The notes beneath the pieces were generated by a model, which was not told the DNA's origin, did no database searches, and was given only the letters and a program-made list of their open reading frames with translations. Below, piece after piece: positions 1 through 8,728 of a stretch of 64,000 nucleotides of DNA. The stretch is from Candidatus Pacebacteria bacterium CG2_30_36_39 (GTDB lineage Bacteria > Patescibacteriota > Microgenomatia > UBA1400 > PJMF01): positions 239,538 through 303,537 of the forward strand of contig MNZB01000004.1 in assembly GCA_001873435.1 (NCBI GenBank), in the 5' to 3' direction. The position numbers and the translations under genes were made by a program. Every line of letters starts with the position of its first letter. Position 1 is the stretch's first letter.

Positions 1-1068
1 TTTAATAATTGGTTGAGTAACCAAGACTGGCCTATCTGCTTCTTGAGTTTGTACTAAATCCAAAACCTCTTCAGCTACAGCCATTGAAGTATTCTCAACT
101 GAAGCGGTTAAATTGGTGGCTTCATCAGTTGCTGTTGCTGCTCCAGTAGTTATAGCTGGAAGATCAACGAAAGCAGCAAGATCTGCTAATGACTGAGCGC
201 TTGCATCATCATCAGCACTGGTGACTAATTTGTCAGCCAATTGCTCTGGAGTTTGAGGTAAAACCGCTTCTTCAACCATAGCAGAAGCAGAAGCTTCTTG
301 AACAACAGGTACTTGACCCAATACTACCTCAGCAACAGGTTGCGAAGCGGAAACTAGACTTGTAAAACTAGAGACTTTATTAGGTTCAACTCCTTGCACC
401 ACGATATTTAACAAACTTTGATCAGTTAACTCTGCATAGCCACTGCCATCTTGCTTTCTAGCATTTGATAAAGCCAAAGCCCAACTACCAGATGATTTAA
501 TTAATGTAGACATTTCTGCAACCCCATCAGCTTTGACAAAAACTACACTACCTTCTGCAGGAGCTCCTGCCTCAGTAGAAACCGTACCATAAACAGTCTT
601 GTTGGTTGGTGGAGCACCACTTGGCGTTGAATATGTTTTAGTTGAAAAAGGAATACCGCTATTATCAAAACTCGAACCAGAAGCAGTACCTAAAACAAAC
701 TTATAACTAGTATTTGGAGTAAGACCTCTAACAGTGACATGATGTAAACGATAATTACCAATAGAACCAGAAAGTTGATCTCTATCGTCGCTAGACTGAG
801 TCTTCATTGAATCTTCGCTAGTACCATATTTAATAAAACCATTGGTACTTTCATCTGTATAGAAAACTACCGTAAAAGACTTATCAGTCAAATTGGTAAC
901 CTTAACATTTTTTGGGGTTGTTTGCGGTGTTGCTCTTGGAGCAAAAACTCCAGTGCCATCGCCAAACATCAATAATCCGGCCACAAGAGAAATAAGCAAA
1001 ACCCCAAGACCAAGTATGGTTGGGATTTGTTTCTTGGCTAATGGTGTTTTCTTTACTACAGGTTGCAT
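1..1068 (-). CDS. Secreted/membrane-anchored protein with an Fn3-like beta-sandwich domain. The 5' end is at ATG 1066-1068 and the 3' end runs off the window start (partial).
   Basis: The minus-strand frame is open from position 1 to ATG 1068 (MQPVVKKTPLAKKQIPTILGLGVLLISLVAGLLMF...). There is an N-terminal hydrophobic anchor and then an Fn3/PAP-N-like block '...FTVVFYTDESTNGFIKYGTSEDS...YRLHHVTVRGLTPNTSYKFVLGT'. It is absent from the ORF track because there is no stop inside the window. It is the last gene of the murJ-pilN-pilO string. Confidence 0.6.
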   Translation of the reverse strand, partial: MQPVVKKTPLAKKQIPTILGLGVLLISLVAGLLMFGDGTGVFAPRATPQTTPKNVKVTNLTDKSFTVVFYTDESTNGFIKYGTSEDSMKTQSSDDRDQLSGSIGNYRLHHVTVRGLTPNTSYKFVLGTASGSSFDNSGIPFSTKTYSTPSGAPPTNKTVYGTVSTEAGAPAEGSVVFVKADGVAEMSTLIKSSGSWALALSNARKQDGSGYAELTDQSLLNIVVQGVEPNKVSSFTSLVSASQPVAEVVLGQVPVVQEASASAMVEEAVLPQTPEQLADKLVTSADDDASAQSLADLAAFVDLPAITTGAATATDEATNLTASVENTSMAVAEEVLDLVQTQEADRPVLVTQPIIK

Positions 1069-1205
1069 ATAAAACAAAAGTGTTAAAACACTCCTGCTAA
1101 TACTCTAGTGAAATTTTAATAAAACTACAAGGCGAATAAAACACAAAGTTAAATAATACACATATCTGGCGAGCTTCAAAGTTTCTCAACATAAAAATCT
1201 ATTAA

Positions 1206-1604
1206 CTAAAAATTATCAACAGAAGCTGTTGCGTCTTCCGTTGGGCTGACATCAGCCCTAGGAGCTGGTGTTGGCTGACCATCCAGAGGTATTCCCTTGC
1301 GCATGTCTATTCTCTCTAGTTTCCCAGCGTTTTGATACATTACATAAATTGGAAAATCCTGTAGTTCATAATCAGAAAATTTTCTTTTTTGCTCAATCTT
1401 ATCCAAAGTATCAATATCAATATTTGGAGTTAATGGTGCAGACATTTTCTTTTGCTCTGGAGTAATACCTAGCTTCTGTTGAGAAGTAAACAATCCCAAA
1501 CCAATCCAAAATATGACAATTACAAACAAAAACAACAAAATAATCAAAATTTCTTTGCGCTGTTTCAATTTGCCAATTTGGTCTTTTATTGGGTTATTTG
1601 CCAT
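1206..1604 (-). CDS. Small single-pass membrane protein in the PilP position of the pilN/pilO string (hypothetical).
   Basis: 132-aa ORF with one N-terminal TM helix (ILIILLFLFVIVIFWIGLGLF). It is co-directional and nearly abutting pilO. Confidence 0.4.
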   Translation of the reverse strand: MANNPIKDQIGKLKQRKEILIILLFLFVIVIFWIGLGLFTSQQKLGITPEQKKMSAPLTPNIDIDTLDKIEQKRKFSDYELQDFPIYVMYQNAGKLERIDMRKGIPLDGQPTPAPRADVSPTEDATASVDNF

Positions 1605-1606
1605 GT

Positions 1607-2227
1607 TTATTTACTTCCAAAATATGGTGCTGTAACCAACAAGGTTGCTTCTAACGACTTTTGTCCTCGATTGTCTTCTGTTGAAAAAGTAATTCTATCA
1701 ACCACAAAACTTCTTCTAGAGTTTCTTAATCCCTCCACAAAACCACGAATAGAATTATATGAACCAACAACAGTTAGCTGAACAGGCATCGCCTTTCTCT
1801 CTAGCTCTGCCAATGAAGAATTTGGCTTAGGATCTGGTGGCAAGTCTAATAAAGTTAGATTATTAATTACTAAGTCTTGTTCACTTGCTACCAACTCAAT
1901 TATTTTTAAAGTTTGAGTTACTTTGGCCCCCAAGGGTAAAGCCTCGCTCAATACCGGCAAGCGCTGTTCTACACCAAGATATTGTGCTTGAGCTGTTGTT
2001 AAAGCAGCCACTTTTTGTGCCATTTGAGTATTGAGCTTTCTCTTATCTTCAATTTCTTTAATTAGTTCTGACATTGTTAATAAGGTTGGCCTAATAGCAA
2101 AAACTGCAAAGAAAATTACCACTGAAATTGAAAGAAATAATTCAAATGAAACAATTGCAACTGGATTGTGATAAAAACTATCCAATAACTGTGCCAATTG
2201 TTCTTGTCTAGTATTTTTTGGTGGCAT
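1607..2227 (-). CDS. pilO: Type IV pilus inner-membrane assembly protein, PilO-like.
   Basis: 206 aa with a short cytoplasmic N-terminus, one TM helix, then a coiled-coil/periplasmic domain. There is a 1-nt gap to pilN. Confidence 0.55.
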   Translation of the reverse strand: MPPKNTRQEQLAQLLDSFYHNPVAIVSFELFLSISVVIFFAVFAIRPTLLTMSELIKEIEDKRKLNTQMAQKVAALTTAQAQYLGVEQRLPVLSEALPLGAKVTQTLKIIELVASEQDLVINNLTLLDLPPDPKPNSSLAELERKAMPVQLTVVGSYNSIRGFVEGLRNSRRSFVVDRITFSTEDNRGQKSLEATLLVTAPYFGSK

Positions 2228-2228
2228 A

Positions 2229-2819
2229 TTATTTTTTGTTACCCGTGGGAACTACCTTTTGCGTTACTTCCTCTTTAGTTGAAGCCGTTAATTGAAAAAC
2301 AAATCCAGAGGCTTGGGTTCCATCAGACTCTATTGTGCTTACTGATACGTTATGGAATTTTGGTGAGATCTGCAAATTATTAATTAAAACATTCAATGAT
2401 TTTTGTGATATCACCGTACCCTTTATTGCTATCTTATCAACATAAATTACCAATTCATCTAATTTTATCCCTGTTGGAATTACCTCAGCCAATGCCGGAA
2501 ATGTATCAACAATGTTTTCTTCTTGTTCTATTTGTTGATATTGAGATAAGCGCTCCTGCACATCTCTAAGCCTAACTTCAAAATCTCCAAATGACTTAAT
2601 AACGGCTTCTTTTTGAAACAAATCTCTATTTAAATCTGTCACCTGACGATCAAGATAAAAACGAGTAACAAAACTCAAAACAACTATCAACTCTGTAAAC
2701 ATTACAATGTAACGTCCAGCAGAAAGAGCCCACTTCAAGCCACGACCCAAGAGAGTCTCAAAAAAAGGATCTTTTGGAACTAAATTAATATCAATAGTAG
2801 CTGTTTTTTTAGCTGGCAT
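2229..2819 (-). CDS. pilN: Type IV pilus assembly protein PilN.
   Basis: The N-terminal 'IDINLVP' matches the conserved PilN INLLP PilM-binding motif. It is followed by one TM helix and a periplasmic domain, 196 aa in total. Confidence 0.65.
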   Translation of the reverse strand: MPAKKTATIDINLVPKDPFFETLLGRGLKWALSAGRYIVMFTELIVVLSFVTRFYLDRQVTDLNRDLFQKEAVIKSFGDFEVRLRDVQERLSQYQQIEQEENIVDTFPALAEVIPTGIKLDELVIYVDKIAIKGTVISQKSLNVLINNLQISPKFHNVSVSTIESDGTQASGFVFQLTASTKEEVTQKVVPTGNKK

Positions 2820-2874
2820 AAGGGCAGTAATCTGTCTTTATTGTAGGCTGTTTCACCATAACTAACAAGAAAAA

Positions 2875-4563
2875 CTAAACTTCATTGCCTTCTACGCTAG
2901 TATCAAGCAAAATTTCTTTCGAGTCAGCCAACAAAGGTTTCCACTTGGTTACTTTGGAAAATATTTTAGCCAAATATCCAAGTTCTTTAATATCAAATAA
3001 ATACGAAAAATAAACATAAACCAACATTCCAATAGTGCCAGTTGAAGCAGTTAAAGCAACTAATTCCAAAGTTCTTGATGTGTCAAAAACAACTTCATCC
3101 AAGATGCGAAAAGGTAAATAAAGAAACACTGCCATCAAGAAGCTAGCACCAACCATTTTTAATTGAGGCCACCAAAAACCAGAACCACTAAAACAACCCA
3201 CTCTCTTATTTAGCAAGAGTATAAATAAAATTAATTCCAAATAGGCACTTAAGGTTGTAGCCCAGGCTAAACCGATCACACCAAGATTAGTGAAGAAAAC
3301 AAAATAACCACTAACGGCAAAATACATTAAAACAGTAATTATAGTTATGTAAAAAGGAGTTTTGGTGTTCTTCAAAGCATAAAAAGCTCTGATTAATAGC
3401 TGAACCATTGCCTGAGCTGCTACTGAAATTGCCAAGATAGCCACTACTTTTCCAGTTAAAACAGTTGATTTCCAAGGAAAATTATCTGTGCCAAAAACCA
3501 AACGTACAATTGGAATCCTTAAAATTAATAATAGAACTGAGGCTGGTAGAGCAAAAAATGATATTTGATGTAAAGATTGATTCACTAAAGAACCAAAACG
3601 TTTTTTTTCTTCATCATTAGTTTCTTGAGAAAAAAATGGCAATGAAGCCTGACCAATAGGTACACCAAACAATCTAATTGGAATTGTCATTAAACGCAGG
3701 CCAAGTCTAATTACTACAAAACTCAAACCACCTATAGTAGTAGCAAAAAAACCCAAACCTAAATTTTGTAATTCAGAAATACTTAAAGCCATTATTCTTG
3801 GAGGCATCATTCTAAATAATTTTTTCACCGACCAATCCTTAAAATCCAAAGTAAAGCTATAGCGAAAACCAAGTTTTTTTACAGATGGAAGTTGAACTAA
3901 CATGTGAAGGAAGGCGCCAATAATTACACCTACTCCAGCAGAGTAAATACCCAAGGAATCTTTAAATAAAATTACACCAAGAATAATGCCAAAATTATAA
4001 AAAATAGGCGCCATGGCTGAAACAATAAAGCGTTGATAAGACTGCAACATGCCAGTCAAAAAATTAGAAATTGCAAAGAATATTTGAGAAAACAACATGA
4101 GTCTAGTTAAACCAACAGCAATCATTATTTGTTCTGCAGTAAATTCAGGACCAGTGCGCCATCTGGTTAATGGTTCAGCAAAAATAGCCACAAAAGCTGC
4201 AAAAAAGATAAAAACAATCAATAAAATATTCATTACTGATGAAGTAAAGCGAAAAGCACTTTTTTCATCATTATTCTTAAGATCGGTAAATAGTGGGATA
4301 AAAGCTGCAGATACAGCTCCCAAAACAATCAATTGAAACAACATGTCTGGAATCTGAAAAGCAATTTGAAAAGCTTCATATGCTTGTTGTGATCCTAAAG
4401 AATCAAAAAAATGAGCTATTAAAAGACGCTCTCTTAAAAGTCCTGCAACTGAAGATGAGATATTGGCCAAAGTAATAATAAAAGCGGCAGATAAAATAGA
4501 AGTTTGCTGTTTCTCCAACCATTGGGTATTTTTGTTAAAAAAACGTGATATTTGCAGAAACAT
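2875..4563 (-). CDS. murJ: Lipid II flippase MurJ (MviN family).
   Basis: 562 aa, polytopic (~14 TM), with a MATE-like MurJ/MviN sequence pattern throughout. Confidence 0.85.
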   Translation of the reverse strand: MFLQISRFFNKNTQWLEKQQTSILSAAFIITLANISSSVAGLLRERLLIAHFFDSLGSQQAYEAFQIAFQIPDMLFQLIVLGAVSAAFIPLFTDLKNNDEKSAFRFTSSVMNILLIVFIFFAAFVAIFAEPLTRWRTGPEFTAEQIMIAVGLTRLMLFSQIFFAISNFLTGMLQSYQRFIVSAMAPIFYNFGIILGVILFKDSLGIYSAGVGVIIGAFLHMLVQLPSVKKLGFRYSFTLDFKDWSVKKLFRMMPPRIMALSISELQNLGLGFFATTIGGLSFVVIRLGLRLMTIPIRLFGVPIGQASLPFFSQETNDEEKKRFGSLVNQSLHQISFFALPASVLLLILRIPIVRLVFGTDNFPWKSTVLTGKVVAILAISVAAQAMVQLLIRAFYALKNTKTPFYITIITVLMYFAVSGYFVFFTNLGVIGLAWATTLSAYLELILFILLLNKRVGCFSGSGFWWPQLKMVGASFLMAVFLYLPFRILDEVVFDTSRTLELVALTASTGTIGMLVYVYFSYLFDIKELGYLAKIFSKVTKWKPLLADSKEILLDTSVEGNEV

Positions 4564-4640
4564 ATTATTTTTAATTATAAGAGTTGTCCTGGCAAACTTC
4601 CATTGCTAAAAATAAGTTTTCCCTGTATAATTCCAGATCT

Positions 4641-4955
4641 ATGCCTATCTTACACAATGCAAAAAAAGCCTTAAGAGTTAGTAAGAAAAAAACTACTCGC
4701 AATAAAGTTACTAAATCACGCACTAAATCTGCCGTGGATAAAGTCAAGAAAACTCCAACCATGGAATTCTTAGCTGCTGCTTACTCTGCTATCGATAAAG
4801 CCGTTAAGAAAAATATTTTTCATGCGAACAGAGCTGCTCGCTTGAAAACTCAATTAGCCAAACTAGTTAAGCCAGCTAAAATCGAAAAAAAAGTTGCTCC
4901 TAAAAAAGCCGTGAAAACTGCTCCTAAAAAAGCAACCAAAAAAGCTGCAAAGTAA
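4641..4955 (+). CDS. rpsT: 30S ribosomal protein S20 with a K/A-rich histone-H1-like C-terminal extension.
   Basis: 'MPILHNAKKALRVSKKKTTRNKVTKSRTKSAVDKVKK...FHANRAARLKTQLAKLV' matches the S20 consensus. The C-terminus is 'KPAKIEKKVAPKKAVKTAPKKATKKAAK'. The start is taken at the ATG at 4641, internal to track ORF 4584. Confidence 0.8.
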   Translation: MPILHNAKKALRVSKKKTTRNKVTKSRTKSAVDKVKKTPTMEFLAAAYSAIDKAVKKNIFHANRAARLKTQLAKLVKPAKIEKKVAPKKAVKTAPKKATKKAAK

Positions 4956-4967
4956 CAGCTTTTCACT

Positions 4968-6761
4968 ATGGTAACACCACTGTCCCAGATTCGAAACTTC
5001 TCGATCATCGCTCATATAGATCATGGTAAGACTACCCTAACTGATGCTTTTCTCCACGCCACCCATACTATTTCTGACTTAGAAACCAGAGAACGAGTTA
5101 TGGACTCCAATCCAATAGAACAAGAAAAGGGAGTTACTATTAAACTAGCTCCTGTTCGCATGGATTATAATTATCAAGGACAAGATTACGTTTTAAATCT
5201 CATTGATACTCCTGGCCATGTCGACTTTGGTTATGAAGTCAACAGATCTCTTGCTGCTTGTGAAGGAGCTCTTCTTTTAATTGACGCCACTCAAGGAGTT
5301 CAAGCTCAAACCTTAGCCAACTTTGAAAAAGCCAAAAACTTAGGTTTAAAAATCATTCCAGTGATCAATAAGATTGATTTACCATCTGCTGACATTGATC
5401 AAGTGATGTTGGAAATTATGGATTTGCTTGGAGCGGCAGAAAATGAAATTTATAAAACTTCTGCAAAAAATAATCTAGGTATAACAGAAGTATTAGCTGC
5501 AATTATTGAAAAAATTCCAGCTCCAGTTGGAGATGCAAATAAACCAGCCAAAGCTATGATTATTACCTCTTTATTTGATAATCACCAAGGTGGAATTGCC
5601 TACGTTCGCATCATGGATGGAACATTAATAAAAGCACCATCCTATTTGCTTTCCACAAAAACAGTTTTTCAACCAGTTGAAATTGGTGTTTTCAAACCAG
5701 AAAGACAAAAAAGAGATCAACTAACCGCTGGAGAAGTTGGTTATATTTCTACAGGACTTAAAGATATTTCCAATTTAAAAGTTGGTGATACTCTAACTCT
5801 TCAAAAAGATAAAGATTTAATTGAAAAAGTTCCTGGCTATAAAGAACCAACTCCAATGGTCTATATGGAACTTTATCCAATCGATGCTGATGATTTTCCA
5901 GCTTTAAAAGATGCTTTTGAAAAACTTTCTTTACATGACTCAGCCCTCAGAAGCAAACCAACCCACTCTGTCGCCCTTGGTAATGGACTAAGAGTTGGCT
6001 TTTTGGGAATTTTCCATGCTGAAATTGTTAGAGAACGTTTGAGCCGGGAATTTGATCTTGATTTAATTGCCACTGCTCCATCAGTTAGTTATCAACTTGA
6101 TACCAAACATCACGAAACAATTACAGTTAACAGTCCAGCAGAATTTCCTGATCCCAGTCTTATTGATGGTATTAGTGAACCAGTAGTAAAAGCAATGATT
6201 TTTACCCCAGAAAAATATGTGAGTTCTGTTTATAAATTAGCTAGAGAAAAACGTGGGATCTTAACTAATACTCAAAGCACTGGCACTAGAGTAAGACTAG
6301 AATATACAATTCCTTTAGCAGAATTAATTACAGATTTTCATGATCAATTAAAATCTGTAACTTCTGGATTTGCTTCACTTGAATATGAATTATCTGGCTA
6401 TCAAAAGGTCGATGCTATCAAAGTTGATATTGTAATTCATGGTGAACCAATAGAAGCTTTGAGTTTTGTTACTGTTAAAGATAAGGTTGATCAAAAAGGT
6501 CGAGATTTGGTTAAAAAACTCAAAGAGGTTGTTCCTCGTCAAATGTTTGAAGTACCAATTCAAGCTACTATTGGTGGCAAAGTAATTGCTCGAGAAACTA
6601 TTAAAGCTTATCGCAAGGATGTTACTGCCAAACTTTATGGTGGCGATGTTACTCGCCGTATGAAACTTTTGCGCAAACAAAGTCGCGGTAAGAAAAAAAT
6701 GAAATCTATTGGTAAGGTTGAACTCAATCAAGAAACTTTTTTGGCTGTTTTGAAAACCTAA
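4968..6761 (+). CDS. lepA: Elongation factor 4 (LepA).
   Basis: 'NFSIIAHIDHGKTTLTD' G1 motif, 'DTPGHVDF' G3 motif, and a 597-aa LepA-type C-terminal domain. Confidence 0.95.
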   Translation: MVTPLSQIRNFSIIAHIDHGKTTLTDAFLHATHTISDLETRERVMDSNPIEQEKGVTIKLAPVRMDYNYQGQDYVLNLIDTPGHVDFGYEVNRSLAACEGALLLIDATQGVQAQTLANFEKAKNLGLKIIPVINKIDLPSADIDQVMLEIMDLLGAAENEIYKTSAKNNLGITEVLAAIIEKIPAPVGDANKPAKAMIITSLFDNHQGGIAYVRIMDGTLIKAPSYLLSTKTVFQPVEIGVFKPERQKRDQLTAGEVGYISTGLKDISNLKVGDTLTLQKDKDLIEKVPGYKEPTPMVYMELYPIDADDFPALKDAFEKLSLHDSALRSKPTHSVALGNGLRVGFLGIFHAEIVRERLSREFDLDLIATAPSVSYQLDTKHHETITVNSPAEFPDPSLIDGISEPVVKAMIFTPEKYVSSVYKLAREKRGILTNTQSTGTRVRLEYTIPLAELITDFHDQLKSVTSGFASLEYELSGYQKVDAIKVDIVIHGEPIEALSFVTVKDKVDQKGRDLVKKLKEVVPRQMFEVPIQATIGGKVIARETIKAYRKDVTAKLYGGDVTRRMKLLRKQSRGKKKMKSIGKVELNQETFLAVLKT

Positions 6762-6807
6762 TAAATACCGAATTAATTATTTAATTATAATTACTCAATA
6801 AGAACAG

Positions 6808-6837
6808 AAAACCCCGCCGTAGCGGGGTTTTGTATTT
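6808..6837. terminator. Bidirectional intrinsic terminator between convergent lepA and the SurA-like gene.
   Basis: Hairpin aaaCCCCGC-cgta-GCGGGGttt flanked by an A-run and a T-run. Confidence 0.8.
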
Positions 6838-6849
6838 CGGTAAAAAATA

Positions 6850-7674
6850 TTATTTATTTGTAAGCTTAGTATCGTATTCTTTTAAATAAATAATCTTAGC
6901 TTCATCTTGCAAACCCTGCACCCAAGTTTGAATCTCTTGGTTGAGTTTTGAAGAATAAATTTGTTGTCTAACAGTTTCGCGGAATGATTCTGGATCAGAA
7001 TCAGCTGGAAAATAATCAGCATTGTCTTTAAGGTACTGTGAAATTTCATCATCAGTGACAACAACTTTGTCAGCAACAATTTTCTCTGCACTTTTTTGCA
7101 TCACAATATCTTCAATGAGAGCGGCTCTAGTCATACCCTGCTCTTGCAAGGCTGCATCAAGAGTTAAGCCTTGAGCCACAATTCTATCTTCAAGTTCTTT
7201 AATTGCTGCATCGATATCCACTTGATCAACTGTTACCTTGGATTTATCAATAGCTTGTCTTACTAGGGTTTCAACTATTAATGAGTCAAGAACTTGCTTA
7301 CCACCCTGCTCTTCTAATTTATTAATCATTGTCCAACGGTAAATAGGCTTACCATTTACCATAGCAACAACAACTTGATCTTTGGCTAAATAAACTACAC
7401 CCATAATCAATAAAGCACCAAGAACTAAAACAACATTTTTCTTCTTAGAAAAAAATTTCTGTACATTAATCAATGGATTGGCCATCTTCATCATTGGCTC
7501 TACTTTGGAAACAACAGTTTTGGTTACTGGTTTCTTAACAGTCTTAATTACTTTACTAACTTTTTTAGCTACTGGTTTTACAGCTGCTTTTGAAGGTATT
7601 TTTTTCATTTGTTTTTTTTCTGCTCCAGCGATCTTTTTTGTACGAGTTGGAGCTTTTTTGGTTGTTTTTGACAT
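6850..7674 (-). CDS. Membrane-anchored SurA-N-domain chaperone (PpiD/PrsA-like, no parvulin domain) with a lysine-rich N-terminal tail.
   Basis: The K-rich N-terminus is 'KKAPTRTKKIAGAEKKQMKKIPSKAAVKPVAKKVSK...', followed by one TM helix and a SurA_N-like helical chaperone region (…LIVETLVRQAIDKSKVTVDQVDIDAAIKELEDR…). Confidence 0.55.
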   Translation of the reverse strand: MSKTTKKAPTRTKKIAGAEKKQMKKIPSKAAVKPVAKKVSKVIKTVKKPVTKTVVSKVEPMMKMANPLINVQKFFSKKKNVVLVLGALLIMGVVYLAKDQVVVAMVNGKPIYRWTMINKLEEQGGKQVLDSLIVETLVRQAIDKSKVTVDQVDIDAAIKELEDRIVAQGLTLDAALQEQGMTRAALIEDIVMQKSAEKIVADKVVVTDDEISQYLKDNADYFPADSDPESFRETVRQQIYSSKLNQEIQTWVQGLQDEAKIIYLKEYDTKLTNK

Positions 7675-7702
7675 GCCTAGACTGTATCAAACCTCAAGCA
7701 AA

Positions 7703-8461
7703 ATGCATAGTCCTGATTTACTCAAGATGCAGTATAATAAAAATATGCCTGAAATCTTTAATGCTAGCCAGGCCCAGGAAGACAAAATAATGTCATCTCC
7801 ATCTATTCCCACCACAACACCTGAAAAAGAAAAAGAAATTATTAGTAAAAAAGCTAGGAATGTTGATGACTATTCCGAAATCATGAGACGTGAAAAACCA
7901 AGCAGCAACTGTCTTCAATCTTTCTTACCAAAACCAATTAAATTTGGTTTTGATACCCAATTAAATCAAGAAAAAGTTATTTTAGTTTTAAGACAACATC
8001 CAATTACTTTATTGAAAAAAATAGGAATTATTATTTTTGGCATAATATTTCCACTGTTCTTTTCTCAATTCCCTTTTACAGATTTCTTTCCTACTTCATA
8101 CCAATTCGCTATGATTGTCGGTTGGTACACCATCACCATGGGCTTGGCTTTGGAAACTTTTTTAGTTTGGTTTTTTAGCGTCTATATTATTACAGATGAA
8201 AGAATTATCGATGTAGATTTTATTTCTTTACTATTTAAAGATGTTTCTTCTGCAAAACTAGATGATATTCAAGATATTAGCTCGAAAACTGGTGGCTTGT
8301 TGGCTACAGTAGTAGATTATGGAACAGTTTATATTCAAACTGCTGGAGAAAAAACAGAAATTGAATTTGAAAATGTACCTCAACCAGCAAAAGTAGCAGC
8401 TATTCTAAATGAATTACTCCTAGAAGAAGAACGAGAGAAAATTGAAGGGAGGGTAAGTTAA
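7703..8461 (+). CDS. bPH_2/DUF304-domain membrane protein (YdbT-like).
   Basis: Two TM helices followed by a PH-like '...DERIIDVDFISLLFKDVSSAKLDDIQDISSKTGGLLATVVDYGTVYIQTAGEKTEIEFENVPQP' block. The start is placed at the internal ATG 7703, because the track ORF start 7478 overlaps the divergent gene. ATG 7727 or 7745 are alternative starts. Confidence 0.5.
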   Translation: MHSPDLLKMQYNKNMPEIFNASQAQEDKIMSSPSIPTTTPEKEKEIISKKARNVDDYSEIMRREKPSSNCLQSFLPKPIKFGFDTQLNQEKVILVLRQHPITLLKKIGIIIFGIIFPLFFSQFPFTDFFPTSYQFAMIVGWYTITMGLALETFLVWFFSVYIITDERIIDVDFISLLFKDVSSAKLDDIQDISSKTGGLLATVVDYGTVYIQTAGEKTEIEFENVPQPAKVAAILNELLLEEEREKIEGRVS

Positions 8462-8700
8462 TGAATCCAAATTTTGGCTCCATTGGTTCTAGCTTTTCAC
8501 TCCTATTATTATTCAAAGTTTTAATCATTATTTTATCTGGTTTTTATGTGCTATTTTCTATTATTGTAGTACGACAAATAGCTGTAATGAAAAAAACTTT
8601 AATCACTCCCTTCTCGGCAAACATAACTGTTTTGGGTTGGTTGCACTTTCTTTTCGCAACTGGTGTTTTATTACTTTTTCTTTTCTTTGTACAACCATAG
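8461..8700 (+). CDS. Small 2-TM membrane protein (hypothetical).
   Basis: 79-aa hydrophobic ORF whose start overlaps the stop of the upstream gene. Confidence 0.3.
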   Translation: MNPNFGSIGSSFSLLLLFKVLIIILSGFYVLFSIIVVRQIAVMKKTLITPFSANITVLGWLHFLFATGVLLLFLFFVQP

Positions 8701-8728
8701 TTATTAGTATTGTTTTACCAGATGAAAC

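Noticed and set aside
4097-4336. A 79-aa plus-strand ORF inside murJ (and similar small ORFs nested in lepA and other long genes).
   Set aside because: They are nested antisense frames within well-supported long genes. No RBS or conservation cues.
7478-7702. A long N-terminal extension of the bPH-domain ORF that overlaps the divergent SurA-like gene by ~200 nt, with head-to-head overlapping ATG/CAT start codons at 7672-7675.
   Set aside because: The extension is hydrophobic and is the antisense translation of the K-rich SurA-like N-terminus. The genuine start is most likely the internal ATG at 7703 or later. The exact start remains uncertain.
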